Shown here one piece after another: positions 25,811-35,151 of a stretch of DNA of 42,426 nt. The position numbers and the translations under genes are program-made. The notes under the pieces are model-generated. The model was given only the letters and a program-made list of their open reading frames with translations. It had not been told where the DNA came from and ran no database searches. Source of the stretch: a virus (taxonomy: Duplodnaviria > Caudoviricetes); IMG/VR virus record IMGVR_UViG_3300020441_000010, positions 1-42,426 of that record, one strand, 5' to 3'. Every line of letters starts with the position of its first letter. Position 1 is the stretch's first letter.

Positions 25811-26020
25811 TCATTCCGCCGCTTCTTCTCTTGTTAACATCGCCTTCTTAACGACTTCTAGTAGCTGATCATCCATATCAGTCTTGGTTAACTTAACCGC
25901 TTTACCCAAGATAACAAGACAGATCTCAACCAACTTCTCACCGAGTTCTTCGTTTTCTGGAATTTTGGAAACCGCATCAGAGATAATTTTTGACGCTAAT
26001 GGAAGTAAAAATGCAAGCAT
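25811..26020 (-). CDS. Small hypothetical protein
   Basis: Clean ORF with a K.T.TDMDD.L motif. Confidence 0.7.
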   Translation of the reverse strand: MLAFLLPLASKIISDAVSKIPENEELGEKLVEICLVILGKAVKLTKTDMDDQLLEVVKKAMLTREEAAE

Positions 26021-26055
26021 GATAAACCCTTAAATCTACATTCTATATAGGAAAA

Positions 26056-26625
26056 TCAATCTCGATTAGAGACATATCTTTTCTTTTCAGGATCCCACTT
26101 CTTCACTTCTCCTTTACGCAAACGAGTCTGTGCTTCTTTTGCCTTGTCGTAGAACTTACCAAACTTCATTTTTTGGTCTGCCTTAGCAAACCTCTTCTTC
26201 TCTTTGTCGTACTTATCATACTTAGTCTCTTCCTTTGAAACTTTCTTCTCAGGAAGTTTATCATGTTTAGTAGAAGCAAACTTCTTCACGTCGGAACGCT
26301 TGGCGGAGGCAGCAACTTTGGAAACCTCAGGTGAGGGATTTTCCATTTCCCCCTTCTGAGCCGCCCTAACCATCCCGAAGAATCTTTGTTGCGCTTTGGA
26401 GACTGCTGCTTCGGAGACTGCTCCTCCGTTACCATTACCGTTACCGTTTCCATTAGAACCTCCATTTCCATTTCCATTCTTTTTAGTTTCACTCTCTTCA
26501 TTATCCTTTTCTATATATCCACCTCTGGCGATATGCCATCCCATGGGAATCTTCTTACACTTTTTATCGGTGTAACAATAGTATTCGCCAGGTTTGCATT
26601 TTTTCATTTCCATTATCCAGTTCAT
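26056..26625 (-). CDS. Basic modular protein with Cys module, GN repeat and DUF3008-like segment
   Basis: CKPGEYYC...C; (GN)n linker; AVSKAQQRFFG...KKFASTKHDKLPEK. Confidence 0.7.
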   Translation of the reverse strand: MNWIMEMKKCKPGEYYCYTDKKCKKIPMGWHIARGGYIEKDNEESETKKNGNGNGGSNGNGNGNGNGGAVSEAAVSKAQQRFFGMVRAAQKGEMENPSPEVSKVAASAKRSDVKKFASTKHDKLPEKKVSKEETKYDKYDKEKKRFAKADQKMKFGKFYDKAKEAQTRLRKGEVKKWDPEKKRYVSNRD

Positions 26626-28358
26626 CAGTCACCTCTATAACGAGAACCAGGACGAGGACCAGTTGCATCAGTCATTTTCTGAGCATCTGTTCTTGTGTCC
26701 TTCTTTGCGTTCTTTGCCATCTGCTTGAGTTGAGCAGCACGTTGCTTCTGACGATCACCAGGTTGATAAGGTTTTCTTTTTGCTGCTGCATCGCGGGAAA
26801 TTTTCATCTGCTGATCAATGGATAATTCCTTCTCTTGAAGTTCAGTTTCTTCACCCATGCGACGTGCTACATTTCTAGCACCTCTGGATACTGCTCTTGC
26901 AGTTTTACCAACGGCTTTCTTAAGACCACTCTTCAGTTTTGAACCAATTTTACTCAGCATCCCTGGTTTCTTCTTGGTTACTCCTTGATTTCTATATGTT
27001 TGTGGTTTTCTGGTTTCACTATCAGATGAAGAATCTGAAGAAGAAGATTGTGTTGACTTGTATCCTTTCTTAGCAGCACTACCCATATCTTTAGCAAGGT
27101 TCTTAGCATGACCCACTGCTTTACCAGCGACCTCAGAACCTTTAACTACCGCTTTTCGTGCTACCTGAGCACCTTTCTTGACCGCAGACTTAATTCTATC
27201 AAGTTTCGATGCTCTTGGAGACTTACTCATCAGACGCTTTCTTGCTTCTGCTCCAGCATCCTCCTGAAGTAAAGTTAGAGAGGCTTCAATAGACTCGCAA
27301 AGGAGAGTCTCCATCACATCAATATCATCACCATCCTCAAGTGCTTCAGCAAATACTTCTTCAACAATCTCATCGATCATTGAATCAGAAAGAAACTCTA
27401 ACTCAGCATCAGTAATCTCTTCTAAGATACTACTGAACTCTGTTACTTCTAGCAGCACTCCACCAAGATTTTCTACAGACTCTTTGAGTTCTGGATTGAT
27501 AATGATCTTATTCTTTACACTCTTCTCTTTAATAGTCTTCTCTTCATCTTTAATTACTTCGACTAGATCATTTCTCCAATTAGAGAAACCTTCTTTCACT
27601 CCAGAGTAAACTCTCTTCTTACCATCAGCACTGGGAACAAACTCTCCCATAGGACCTTTCTTCTTATCATTATGATCTACATCACCATCAGCATCAGTAT
27701 CAACTCTCTTGACTGCTTTTGCTGCAAGTTTCTTTAGATCTTTAGAAGGAACTTCAACTGCTTCTTTATAGTCAGATGCTGTTTTAGGACGGCAATCATT
27801 AACGAGTTTACCACCCTTCATCTTCATACCCACCTTTTTGTGGGTCTTCCAGCACTCATCAACCTCAGTTTCTTCCGACTGACTACCTACTTTTTTTTTA
27901 CCGATTGCTTTACCGATTGCCTTACGGCGCTTCATCAGATACTTATCTGAAGAATCCTTATCACCATCGTTATCTACATCACCATCTTCCCGACCTACAG
28001 GATCAAGTGCTTCCTTCTGAGGTGCCATCACCTTCATGTGAGGGTCATACTTAACGTTAGTTTTCTTTGCTGGTTTTGCATCCTTGATTGAAGGAGCACC
28101 TTTCATATCTGCTTCATCAACATGCTCTTTCTTTTTGTATTCGGGATGGTCATCCATACCACCAGGTTTTGTACCATGCTTCTTCTCAAGAGCTGCTCTC
28201 TTTGCTGCAGTCTTCTTCTTAATACGCTCAGCAGCAGACATTTGATCTGCCTTTGGAATACCCGTTACAGCACCCAGTTTTTCCGCAGGTTTACCAGGAA
28301 CAGCAGATTCAGCAATACTTTCTCTATAGATCTTAGAAAGCTCGTTAAGATGAGTCAT
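26625..28358 (-). CDS. Large charged low-complexity late protein (probable head-internal protein)
   Basis: K/E-rich; DxDxDG loops; CWK...NDC module; many hydrophobic-X-E sites; TAAATA upstream near 28391-28396. Confidence 0.7.
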   Translation of the reverse strand: MTHLNELSKIYRESIAESAVPGKPAEKLGAVTGIPKADQMSAAERIKKKTAAKRAALEKKHGTKPGGMDDHPEYKKKEHVDEADMKGAPSIKDAKPAKKTNVKYDPHMKVMAPQKEALDPVGREDGDVDNDGDKDSSDKYLMKRRKAIGKAIGKKKVGSQSEETEVDECWKTHKKVGMKMKGGKLVNDCRPKTASDYKEAVEVPSKDLKKLAAKAVKRVDTDADGDVDHNDKKKGPMGEFVPSADGKKRVYSGVKEGFSNWRNDLVEVIKDEEKTIKEKSVKNKIIINPELKESVENLGGVLLEVTEFSSILEEITDAELEFLSDSMIDEIVEEVFAEALEDGDDIDVMETLLCESIEASLTLLQEDAGAEARKRLMSKSPRASKLDRIKSAVKKGAQVARKAVVKGSEVAGKAVGHAKNLAKDMGSAAKKGYKSTQSSSSDSSSDSETRKPQTYRNQGVTKKKPGMLSKIGSKLKSGLKKAVGKTARAVSRGARNVARRMGEETELQEKELSIDQQMKISRDAAAKRKPYQPGDRQKQRAAQLKQMAKNAKKDTRTDAQKMTDATGPRPGSRYRGD

Positions 28359-28370
28359 GAGTATAGAATT

Positions 28371-29591
28371 TTACTTTTTAATCTTATATTTATTTATGAA
28401 ATTCTTAATCTCCTTCATACCAGTCATCCTCATAGTATACTCTCTCTGAGCATCAGTACCGACTTCTCTCTGCGGACCAGGTACACCAGAAGGACCAGAA
28501 TAGTTTACTAAACTCTCTTTCACATCTTTGATCCAGGACTTGAACATGAAGTTCTCTCTAGTTACACAGATAAGATGATTAGTACCACGACGAATGATTT
28601 CACCAATCAATCCTGTGTTGAGATTTTCTACAATGTCTCCAAGTCTAAAAATCTTATCAGCAACATAGTTTTCTCTGAGAGATTTCTGATCGAGTTTAGG
28701 TGCAATCTCCCAGGTTTCTGACTTGACTTTCTTAAGTTTCATTCCTCCTCTTACAGCATCAAATAGTTGCTGTGTATCTGCATCATTGAGATTCTTTGGA
28801 GTTCCCTTACGGAAGGATTCAAAGTCATTATCAACAACTGCTTTTCTCATCTTAGATGCAGACATTCCCTCTACACCTTCTGCGTCTGCATCACGAGCTC
28901 CTGCAGAGATTACGCGGATTAATCCGAACTCATAGAGTTCACCATTATATTTCTGTGCAAGGTTCTCGAACTCTGCTTGACGATCAGATCCAACAATGAT
29001 ATTTACATTCTCATATCCATCTTCCGATGCGGTTATCAATACATCGAAGATACTCTTCATATCTGGATCGTTAATAATCTGCTCCTCATAGTCAGGGAAC
29101 ATCTTTCTCATGAACGATACTTTCATATCAGGATCAAGAGGATTCTTCTTAGGATCCTGAGATCTAGAAGGATAAATCTTTAACTCACCACCCTCAGATG
29201 CTTTCTGTGCTGAAGAGAGAAGTTTCTCATGTCCAACAGTTGGTGGGTTAAAACGACCAAACACAACTGTAAGAGTATCTGTAGCAACCTGCTGTTCCTC
29301 TGGTGGTGCTTCTGTCTTCCGTGCTTGTGGTTGTGCTTTTGGTTCTTCTTTCTTCTTTGGTTTCTTATGATCGATTGCTTTTCCACTAGGAGTTCTAACC
29401 TGATCAGGATCTTTCCCAGGTTTCTGTCCCTTATCGTAAAACTTTAATTTTCCACCTTCAGTTTTCGCAACAAACTCTCCCTTGGAGTCTACCCATCCTC
29501 CATGTCCGTCGCTCTTTAGATTCAGTTTCTTTGCCTGCAAGGAAGCTTGTGAAGCAGTTGCTTCTCCCAGGAATTGAAATAGATTCTTCAT
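28371..29591 (-). CDS. Cytidylyltransferase-like (HxGH) nucleotidyltransferase
   Basis: VFGRFNPPTVGH, KNPL, IVGSDR, SAGARD and MSASKMR motifs; TAAATA upstream near 29616-29621. Confidence 0.88.
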   Translation of the reverse strand: MKNLFQFLGEATASQASLQAKKLNLKSDGHGGWVDSKGEFVAKTEGGKLKFYDKGQKPGKDPDQVRTPSGKAIDHKKPKKKEEPKAQPQARKTEAPPEEQQVATDTLTVVFGRFNPPTVGHEKLLSSAQKASEGGELKIYPSRSQDPKKNPLDPDMKVSFMRKMFPDYEEQIINDPDMKSIFDVLITASEDGYENVNIIVGSDRQAEFENLAQKYNGELYEFGLIRVISAGARDADAEGVEGMSASKMRKAVVDNDFESFRKGTPKNLNDADTQQLFDAVRGGMKLKKVKSETWEIAPKLDQKSLRENYVADKIFRLGDIVENLNTGLIGEIIRRGTNHLICVTRENFMFKSWIKDVKESLVNYSGPSGVPGPQREVGTDAQREYTMRMTGMKEIKNFINKYKIKK

Positions 29592-29614
29592 CGATAATGA
29601 TATACCTTATACCT

Positions 29615-30313
29615 TTATTTAGTAGCGAAGTCTGCTTTCAAAAATAAAACATCTTTATCCAAATCATATGAAGACTTTGGAGGTTTCGAGGTTACTTGTA
29701 ATGCTGTTGTAAATCGATAGTTATCCATTGGGTTACTACCACCTCTCTTCACTCTAATCCTTATCCTAAGTTTAGGGTTAAACTGTGGTATTGGTAAATT
29801 AGCAGGATTAGACCTCATATAATATAATCCATATCCACCAATCTGAATATAATATGTTTTTTTAGTAGCATAATAATTCCAAAGTGCCGATGAGTTGATG
29901 GGTAAGAATGCATCTTTAAACCTAGCATAATCAGAAGTTACCATATCCTTCGTAAAAGACTTTGATGGTACATTGCCTTTATTAGGTACTCCCTTGTTTC
30001 CCCATTGAGTGTTTACAAATTTCTCAATTCCAACTGCACTCAACAGTCCACGCATCTCTTCTGCTGCTGCAGTTTTTGCACCACCAAGTTCCCACTTCTT
30101 TTTCTTTGGTTCATAAGAAAGAGTTCCTTGACCGTAGTCTGCTTTTAAATCTAATTTTATTTCTAACTTATTATCCTTTCCACCATAAATGAACATAGCA
30201 TCTGGAGCATTTGCATCAGAACCTGCTGGAGTAAAACCAGATGGAACTAAGTCTTCTTTTTTTAATGCTGTATGTATTTTAGTTTCATAAAGAAACCCTG
30301 CTTGTCCAGCCAT
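29615..30313 (-). CDS. Putative PD-(D/E)XK nuclease
   Basis: N-terminal helix Glu (GFLYE) and PD-x12-EIK; basic protein; TAAATA at 30325-30330. Confidence 0.6.
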   Translation of the reverse strand: MAGQAGFLYETKIHTALKKEDLVPSGFTPAGSDANAPDAMFIYGGKDNKLEIKLDLKADYGQGTLSYEPKKKKWELGGAKTAAAEEMRGLLSAVGIEKFVNTQWGNKGVPNKGNVPSKSFTKDMVTSDYARFKDAFLPINSSALWNYYATKKTYYIQIGGYGLYYMRSNPANLPIPQFNPKLRIRIRVKRGGSNPMDNYRFTTALQVTSKPPKSSYDLDKDVLFLKADFATK

Positions 30314-30323
30314 GTTTTTATTT

Positions 30324-30491
30324 TTATTTATTCTTATTAAGTTTGAAATATAATTTATAGTATTTCTTTTTCATAGTGTTGATAATTTCTCTGTCCTCAT
30401 TGAATCCCATGTACTTCATTAAAGTAGAAGAACCCTCAAGTTCACTAATCAACCTGAGGATATCTATGGGATTTACATCAGAGTTTTCCAT
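30324..30491 (-). CDS. Small hypothetical protein (55 aa, not in the ORF track)
   Basis: MENSDVNPIDILRLISELEGSS...KKYYKLYFKLNKNK. Confidence 0.6.
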   Translation of the reverse strand: MENSDVNPIDILRLISELEGSSTLMKYMGFNEDREIINTMKKKYYKLYFKLNKNK

Positions 30492-30735
30492 CCAAAACTG
30501 CGCTGCCGACGACTCTAGTATACTGGTCTAGCGTTCCTTCTTGCTCGCATTGAAGATGCCATCTAGTCATACTAATTACATCTTCTTTTTTTAATCCAGT
30601 AAGCATCTTCCGACCTTCTTTTGTTTCAGAAGACCATAGACCCATTCTAGTTTCCCATACACGGAAACAATCATCAATCCATTCTACTTCAGCAATCTCA
30701 GGATGTACTGGTGGTTTTTGCGATTCAGTATTCAT
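30478..30735 (-). CDS. Hypothetical protein
   Basis: ATGA-coupled ORF. Confidence 0.75.
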   Translation of the reverse strand: MNTESQKPPVHPEIAEVEWIDDCFRVWETRMGLWSSETKEGRKMLTGLKKEDVISMTRWHLQCEQEGTLDQYTRVVGSAVLDGKL

Positions 30736-30974
30736 GTAATTAATTCGTTGTCTTTTAGATAATGTAGAGTTTCTTTTAACGATCCTCTATGATGAACTCC
30801 GATTGCAATCTGGGGATACTCTGCTTCACTCCCAAACTCTGCTCGGAATTGATTCTCTGTAAATTCTTTGTTTAAAATGTACTCATGAAAGTCACTGTAG
30901 ATACTTGTGAGGAGCATAGCAGCTCTCTCACATTCTTGATTACCGTTACTATAGATCCATGCTTGAGTTGTCAT
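30732..30974 (-). CDS. Degenerate glutaredoxin-like protein
   Basis: IYS...EC..A, EFG....YPQI.IG..H.G pattern; only one Cys. Confidence 0.6.
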   Translation of the reverse strand: MTTQAWIYSNGNQECERAAMLLTSIYSDFHEYILNKEFTENQFRAEFGSEAEYPQIAIGVHHRGSLKETLHYLKDNELIT

Positions 30975-31198
30975 TTCTTTTGATGGTTGTATTCGATTAC
31001 AATTTTTTCATGTTCGGTGGTTTTATCACAACAAATGAAATAGTGTGCTTTACCATCTAGAAGTTCTTCAATCTTCTCTACTAGATTTTTAGCAATATTC
31101 AGTTTAGTTGGTTTTTCCCAATTAGATCCTTCCACTAGTTTAGAGATACCTGTTATCTGAGTGTCCACAGCAAATTTTCTAAAGTCGTCATCGATCAT
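30971..31198 (-). CDS. Hypothetical protein
   Basis: Start trimmed to MIDDDF to fit the upstream small ORF. Confidence 0.65.
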   Translation of the reverse strand: MIDDDFRKFAVDTQITGISKLVEGSNWEKPTKLNIAKNLVEKIEELLDGKAHYFICCDKTTEHEKIVIEYNHQKK

Positions 31199-31313
31199 TT
31201 TGCCACTCATCAATTTCTTCTTGGGTAGGAACTTCGATTGTGAAGGCAAGTCCGTCTTCCTCAAATTCCTTATTCATTTTTTCGTAAGTTTCGGGAGTAA
31301 TTTTTTCAGTCAC
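31188..31313 (-). CDS. Small hypothetical protein (41 aa, GTG start, not in the ORF track)
   Basis: MTEKITPETYEKMNKEFEEDGLAFTIEVPTQEEIDEWQNDR; overlaps both neighbours by a few bases. Confidence 0.55.
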   Translation of the reverse strand: MTEKITPETYEKMNKEFEEDGLAFTIEVPTQEEIDEWQNDR

Positions 31314-31620
31314 GTTGCCTCCAATCATCGGGTTTATCTTGTCTGAACCAGTCTACAATTTCATCTGCGCCGTCAAATCCCGATTTATAATTAGATGGGT
31401 CGGGATCTCCTAGCCCCATCTTATTCATAAAATCATCCATACTTCCCTCCTGAATATCCTGAGCAGCATGACGGCGTGCTTTACGAAGCCACTCTCTAGC
31501 AGTAGTATTCGCTTTTGCTAGTTTTTCTGCCCAAATCATATCGTCCAGTTGGACTTCTTCTTTGTTTGCAATCTTAGAACAAATGAATTCTAGCCTGAGG
31601 CGATATTGAGTTGATAGCAT
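31306..31620 (-). CDS. Cyanophage-type hypothetical protein
   Basis: Clean tiled ORF. Confidence 0.8.
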   Translation of the reverse strand: MLSTQYRLRLEFICSKIANKEEVQLDDMIWAEKLAKANTTAREWLRKARRHAAQDIQEGSMDDFMNKMGLGDPDPSNYKSGFDGADEIVDWFRQDKPDDWRQRD

Positions 31621-31621
31621 A

Positions 31622-31816
31622 CTAGTTAATTTTGAGTTTGTCTTTTAGATCAAGAACCTTGTTAACCTCGTTAACCGCAGCAGACATCCTAGCACCTAGG
31701 ATATCCATGATATCTTCGTAGATTATTTCATTATCCACGTAGTCATCGAAGTATGTGTCGATTGCTTCTTTAAGATACCTTTTGCGATGCCACTCAGGGG
31801 AGTATGGTTTATACAT
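31622..31816 (-). CDS. Hypothetical protein
   Basis: Clean tiled ORF (YKPYSPEWHRKR). Confidence 0.7.
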   Translation of the reverse strand: MYKPYSPEWHRKRYLKEAIDTYFDDYVDNEIIYEDIMDILGARMSAAVNEVNKVLDLKDKLKIN

Positions 31817-31821
31817 GATGT

Positions 31822-32046
31822 TTACTGTTCAGTTTTGACTTCTTCTTCAGTCTTCTTATTAAAGCCAAAGGGTCCAATTTTATTTTTGACTTTGTTTTTC
31901 ATAGCAACACCAGCAAGAGATTCCATTACTTTTAGAACCTGCTCTGGTTTTGCTCCCTCACCCAGTTCTCGGGCGACGTAAAAATATTTAGGCCAGAACT
32001 CTTCGCCTGCCTTTTCATAATCTTCAAGAGTAACTTCAAATTTCAT
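31822..32046 (-). CDS. Hypothetical protein
   Basis: SD GGAGG upstream; tiled. Confidence 0.75.
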   Translation of the reverse strand: MKFEVTLEDYEKAGEEFWPKYFYVARELGEGAKPEQVLKVMESLAGVAMKNKVKNKIGPFGFNKKTEEEVKTEQ

Positions 32047-32048
32047 AA

Positions 32049-32264
32049 TTAACCTCCTAGTTCTTTGATTTGTTTTTCAAGATCGCGAAGAATTTTTTCT
32101 CTGGTATAAGCACCAGTGTCTTCTTTTCTACGATCCATTTCTTCTTCAACCTTCTTAGTGATGGATGCATGACGACGAATCTCTCCACCCATAGACATTT
32201 GGTTTTTAGTTTGATCCATGCAAAACTTCAGTTGCATGAGTTCCATATCATCAAATTCAATCAT
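32049..32264 (-). CDS. Hypothetical protein
   Basis: Start trimmed to MIEFDD at 32264. Confidence 0.65.
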   Translation of the reverse strand: MIEFDDMELMQLKFCMDQTKNQMSMGGEIRRHASITKKVEEEMDRRKEDTGAYTREKILRDLEKQIKELGG

Positions 32265-32883
32265 AATTAGGGTATATGGGTTGTGGTAAAACGTTAAAAG
32301 AAAAAGTAATTCGATCTTCATTATTTGTTCCAAAAGGAACCTTGTGAAGAACATGGGATCTAAAGATCAGCATACTATTTTGAGGAAATTCTATATCAAT
32401 TTTGCTTTTAAAGCAATCATTTTTCATATCAGAGATATTATTAAATTCTTGAGTAGAATTCATAAAGATAACTGGAGCTGAACCCTTTGGAAGTTTGCAA
32501 AAATAAATTATGCTGAAGTAGGACATTGGATGAACATGAAACTCTTGATAATTATTTTTATCGTATGAGTTATACCATCCATTTGAAACTTTCCAATCAA
32601 ACTTAGGCATTCCTAAACCGTTTGCAACTTGTTCACAATTGTGTAAAACAAGACTAGATAGTTCTTTAAATTCTTTTACACTGCGAAATTCAGCATCCAT
32701 ACCAAAGCAATTTGTTGGAGATTTTTTCCCAGATGACCAGGCATCATCTCCATAACCCTTCCATTTTTTAGAGTACTTTTTGACTTTACTGATCAAGATC
32801 TTTCTCATATCTTCAGAAATAGCATCCTGAATTACGCAGAAAGGTTCTGCAAACAATGGACTAATCTGTACTTGCTGATTCAT
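32257..32883 (-). CDS. 2OG-Fe(II) oxygenase (TIGR02466-like)
   Basis: WYN.Y....YQEFHVHP, FSIIYF, IFRSHVLHKV and RITFSFN motifs. Confidence 0.85.
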   Translation of the reverse strand: MNQQVQISPLFAEPFCVIQDAISEDMRKILISKVKKYSKKWKGYGDDAWSSGKKSPTNCFGMDAEFRSVKEFKELSSLVLHNCEQVANGLGMPKFDWKVSNGWYNSYDKNNYQEFHVHPMSYFSIIYFCKLPKGSAPVIFMNSTQEFNNISDMKNDCFKSKIDIEFPQNSMLIFRSHVLHKVPFGTNNEDRITFSFNVLPQPIYPNYD

Positions 32884-33052
32884 TTTGTCGTTCTTCAAAG
32901 TCTCTCTCTATTTCTACATCAAGACGATTGATAATACCTCTAAGTAGTTGAACTCGCGAAGAAGGAAACTCAACAGAGTCGTCTTTAGTATGTAAGAAAA
33001 GTGCATAGCTCAAAGCATTTGCCTCTTCAGGAATCATTTTTAAATTAATCAT
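32861..33052 (-). CDS. Hypothetical protein
   Basis: ATGA-coupled to mazG. Confidence 0.65.
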   Translation of the reverse strand: MINLKMIPEEANALSYALFLHTKDDSVEFPSSRVQLLRGIINRLDVEIERDFEERQNESASTD

Positions 33053-33456
33053 AGATCTCCTTCCTTACGATTCTCAGAATAATGAACATCAAAACTACCA
33101 CCAGGATAGCGAGACTCTAGTTTCTCAACATTCATCTCAATGATCTCATCGAATGTAGTATCCAGAGCCATACATGCCTGAGCAAGATACCAACAGATAT
33201 CACCCAGTTCACGTTTCATGTGAAAAACATTTTCTTCATTGTAAGGTTTACCCTGCAAGAAGATTTTCTTCACGACCTCAGTGAACTCACCAGACTCTGC
33301 AGTCAAACCAAGGGCAGCCGTCAAAAGTTTTGAGACATCTGCACCATTAGCATCGAGTTCACGAAGACGTGCTTCTAGAATCCGTGGATCTGTACTAGGA
33401 GCACTAGTAACAGTGTACACAAACTCAAGATATTTACGGGTATCAACTTTAGTCAT
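33049..33456 (-). CDS. mazG: MazG-like NTP pyrophosphohydrolase
   Basis: GLTAESGEFTEVVKK, ELGDICWY and N..KL..RYP motifs. Confidence 0.93.
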   Translation of the reverse strand: MTKVDTRKYLEFVYTVTSAPSTDPRILEARLRELDANGADVSKLLTAALGLTAESGEFTEVVKKIFLQGKPYNEENVFHMKRELGDICWYLAQACMALDTTFDEIIEMNVEKLESRYPGGSFDVHYSENRKEGDL

Positions 33457-33775
33457 GAAAATCAGGGATAAATGGTTCTTGTTCGGACTGAGGCAATTGT
33501 TGTTGAACGTCTAGACGCTGACCATTAACTTCAATGTAGTCTACCTCTTTCCAACTTCCACCAACACCACCATCCATATTGACGACAATATCATTTGTAG
33601 GAAGTTGTTTTCTAGGAGATACATCAACGATGTCTCCTGGAAGAGGATTGAAGGTAAAGTAGTGTCCATCCCAGTACTTGTTTCTGGTATGCATAAGGTT
33701 GACTGCATCTCTTTCGATACCGCAGTCAGCGATCTTCTTTCCGTCAGGATTAAATACAGAATAGTAGCCGTTCAT
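33449..33775 (-). CDS. Hypothetical protein
   Basis: ATGA-coupled to the helicase gene. Confidence 0.7.
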   Translation of the reverse strand: MNGYYSVFNPDGKKIADCGIERDAVNLMHTRNKYWDGHYFTFNPLPGDIVDVSPRKQLPTNDIVVNMDGGVGGSWKEVDYIEVNGQRLDVQQQLPQSEQEPFIPDFHD

Positions 33776-35151
33776 GAGAATTTAAATCCCTCAAATGATT
33801 TCTTGGGTTTTTGTTCCTCATAAGTATACTCCTCTTCTCGACCTGAGTCAAGTATGTCGTCCTGTGCTGATTGCTCACAATCATAGAGACGCATCTTTGC
33901 TCGGTCAATGCCGACGATAAATCTTTTGTTTATTGTAGGATCGTTATATCTGTTCTTCAGTTGCTTCACCATAATCTGTCCAAGCGATTCAAGTTCCTCA
34001 GTGCTAATAAGGGCAAACATAAGATCAGCAGTAGCAGGGAGACCAAAGGACTCACTAGTATCAGTAAGCTCAACATCAGAGCTACCATAACCAGAACGAG
34101 TGGTCTGGGTGGCAGATACGATAGGGACCTCGGTTTCGACAGCCAACCCTCTAAGCTCTTCTGCAATAGCCTTAATATAGCTATATGAATTGACAGAAAG
34201 GTTTCCGCGATACCTAGAGGAAGCACATATATTAAGGTAATCAATGAAAATAATATCAGGTCTAAATGACTTCTTAAGTGCAAGTTCGTTAATAAGTGAC
34301 TTAAAGTGTCCACTGTGTGCGCTCGCGGTTGGATACTCTTTAATTATAAGAGTGCCTTGAGTTTTTTCAGCAAGTTTAGTTACCTTATTCTCAAACATCA
34401 CTTTAGGAAGATCGCTCAGTTCCTGGATGTTTACGTTGAGAAGGTTAGCATCAATTCTTTCTGCAATTTTTTCTTCAGCCATCTCAAGCGTAATGTACAA
34501 TACGTTACTTCCTTGAAGGAGAACGGAAGCAGCCATATGGCACATAAACAGAGACTTACCGACGCCTGTACCAGCAAGAGCGATGTTAAGAGTCTTATTA
34601 GGAAGACCGCCTTTTGTAATCTTATTAAAGTATTCAAGATCAAACGGGATACGATCCTCTTTCTTGTGGTAGGATTCGTACCTGGCCTCATAGTCCTGGA
34701 GATAATCATGACCAACGTTATTATCAAAACTTACAGCTAAGGCATCCGATAAGATGCTAGGTATTGCATCACGATTTCTTTTCTCATCTTGTCCATCAGC
34801 AATCTGAATGGAATCCATCAAAGCAAGATAAATTGCTCGATCTCTACACCACTTTTCTGTGGTATCAACTAGCCAGTTTTGTTCTACAGTTACATCATCA
34901 AGACAAGAGATCAGATGACTAATCTCTTTATATACAGAATCATTGAAGTCAGATCGTTTCTGAATTTCAATAGAGAGTGCTTCCTTTGTGATGGGTTCAT
35001 TGTATTGCTCTGTAAAAGAAGCAATCTCTTCAAATACAACTCTCTGATTGAAGTCTTCAAAGTATTCTTTTTTTAAAAATGGAAGTGTCTTCCGTAAAAA
35101 TTCTTCATTATATAAAAGGCTTCTAAGAATTAGAAACTCAACTTTCTCCAT
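33772..35151 (-). CDS. gp41: Replicative DNA helicase (T4 gp41-like)
   Basis: Walker A AGTGVGKS, YITLEM, IDYLNI, SATQTTR, SESFG and KQLKNRY motifs. Confidence 0.97.
   Translation of the reverse strand: MEKVEFLILRSLLYNEEFLRKTLPFLKKEYFEDFNQRVVFEEIASFTEQYNEPITKEALSIEIQKRSDFNDSVYKEISHLISCLDDVTVEQNWLVDTTEKWCRDRAIYLALMDSIQIADGQDEKRNRDAIPSILSDALAVSFDNNVGHDYLQDYEARYESYHKKEDRIPFDLEYFNKITKGGLPNKTLNIALAGTGVGKSLFMCHMAASVLLQGSNVLYITLEMAEEKIAERIDANLLNVNIQELSDLPKVMFENKVTKLAEKTQGTLIIKEYPTASAHSGHFKSLINELALKKSFRPDIIFIDYLNICASSRYRGNLSVNSYSYIKAIAEELRGLAVETEVPIVSATQTTRSGYGSSDVELTDTSESFGLPATADLMFALISTEELESLGQIMVKQLKNRYNDPTINKRFIVGIDRAKMRLYDCEQSAQDDILDSGREEEYTYEEQKPKKSFEGFKFS

Noticed and set aside
26420-26480. 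Short tandem repeats (ccatta/ccgtta/ccattt)
   Set aside because: They encode a Gly-Asn linker; not a CRISPR array or DNA-level repeat element.
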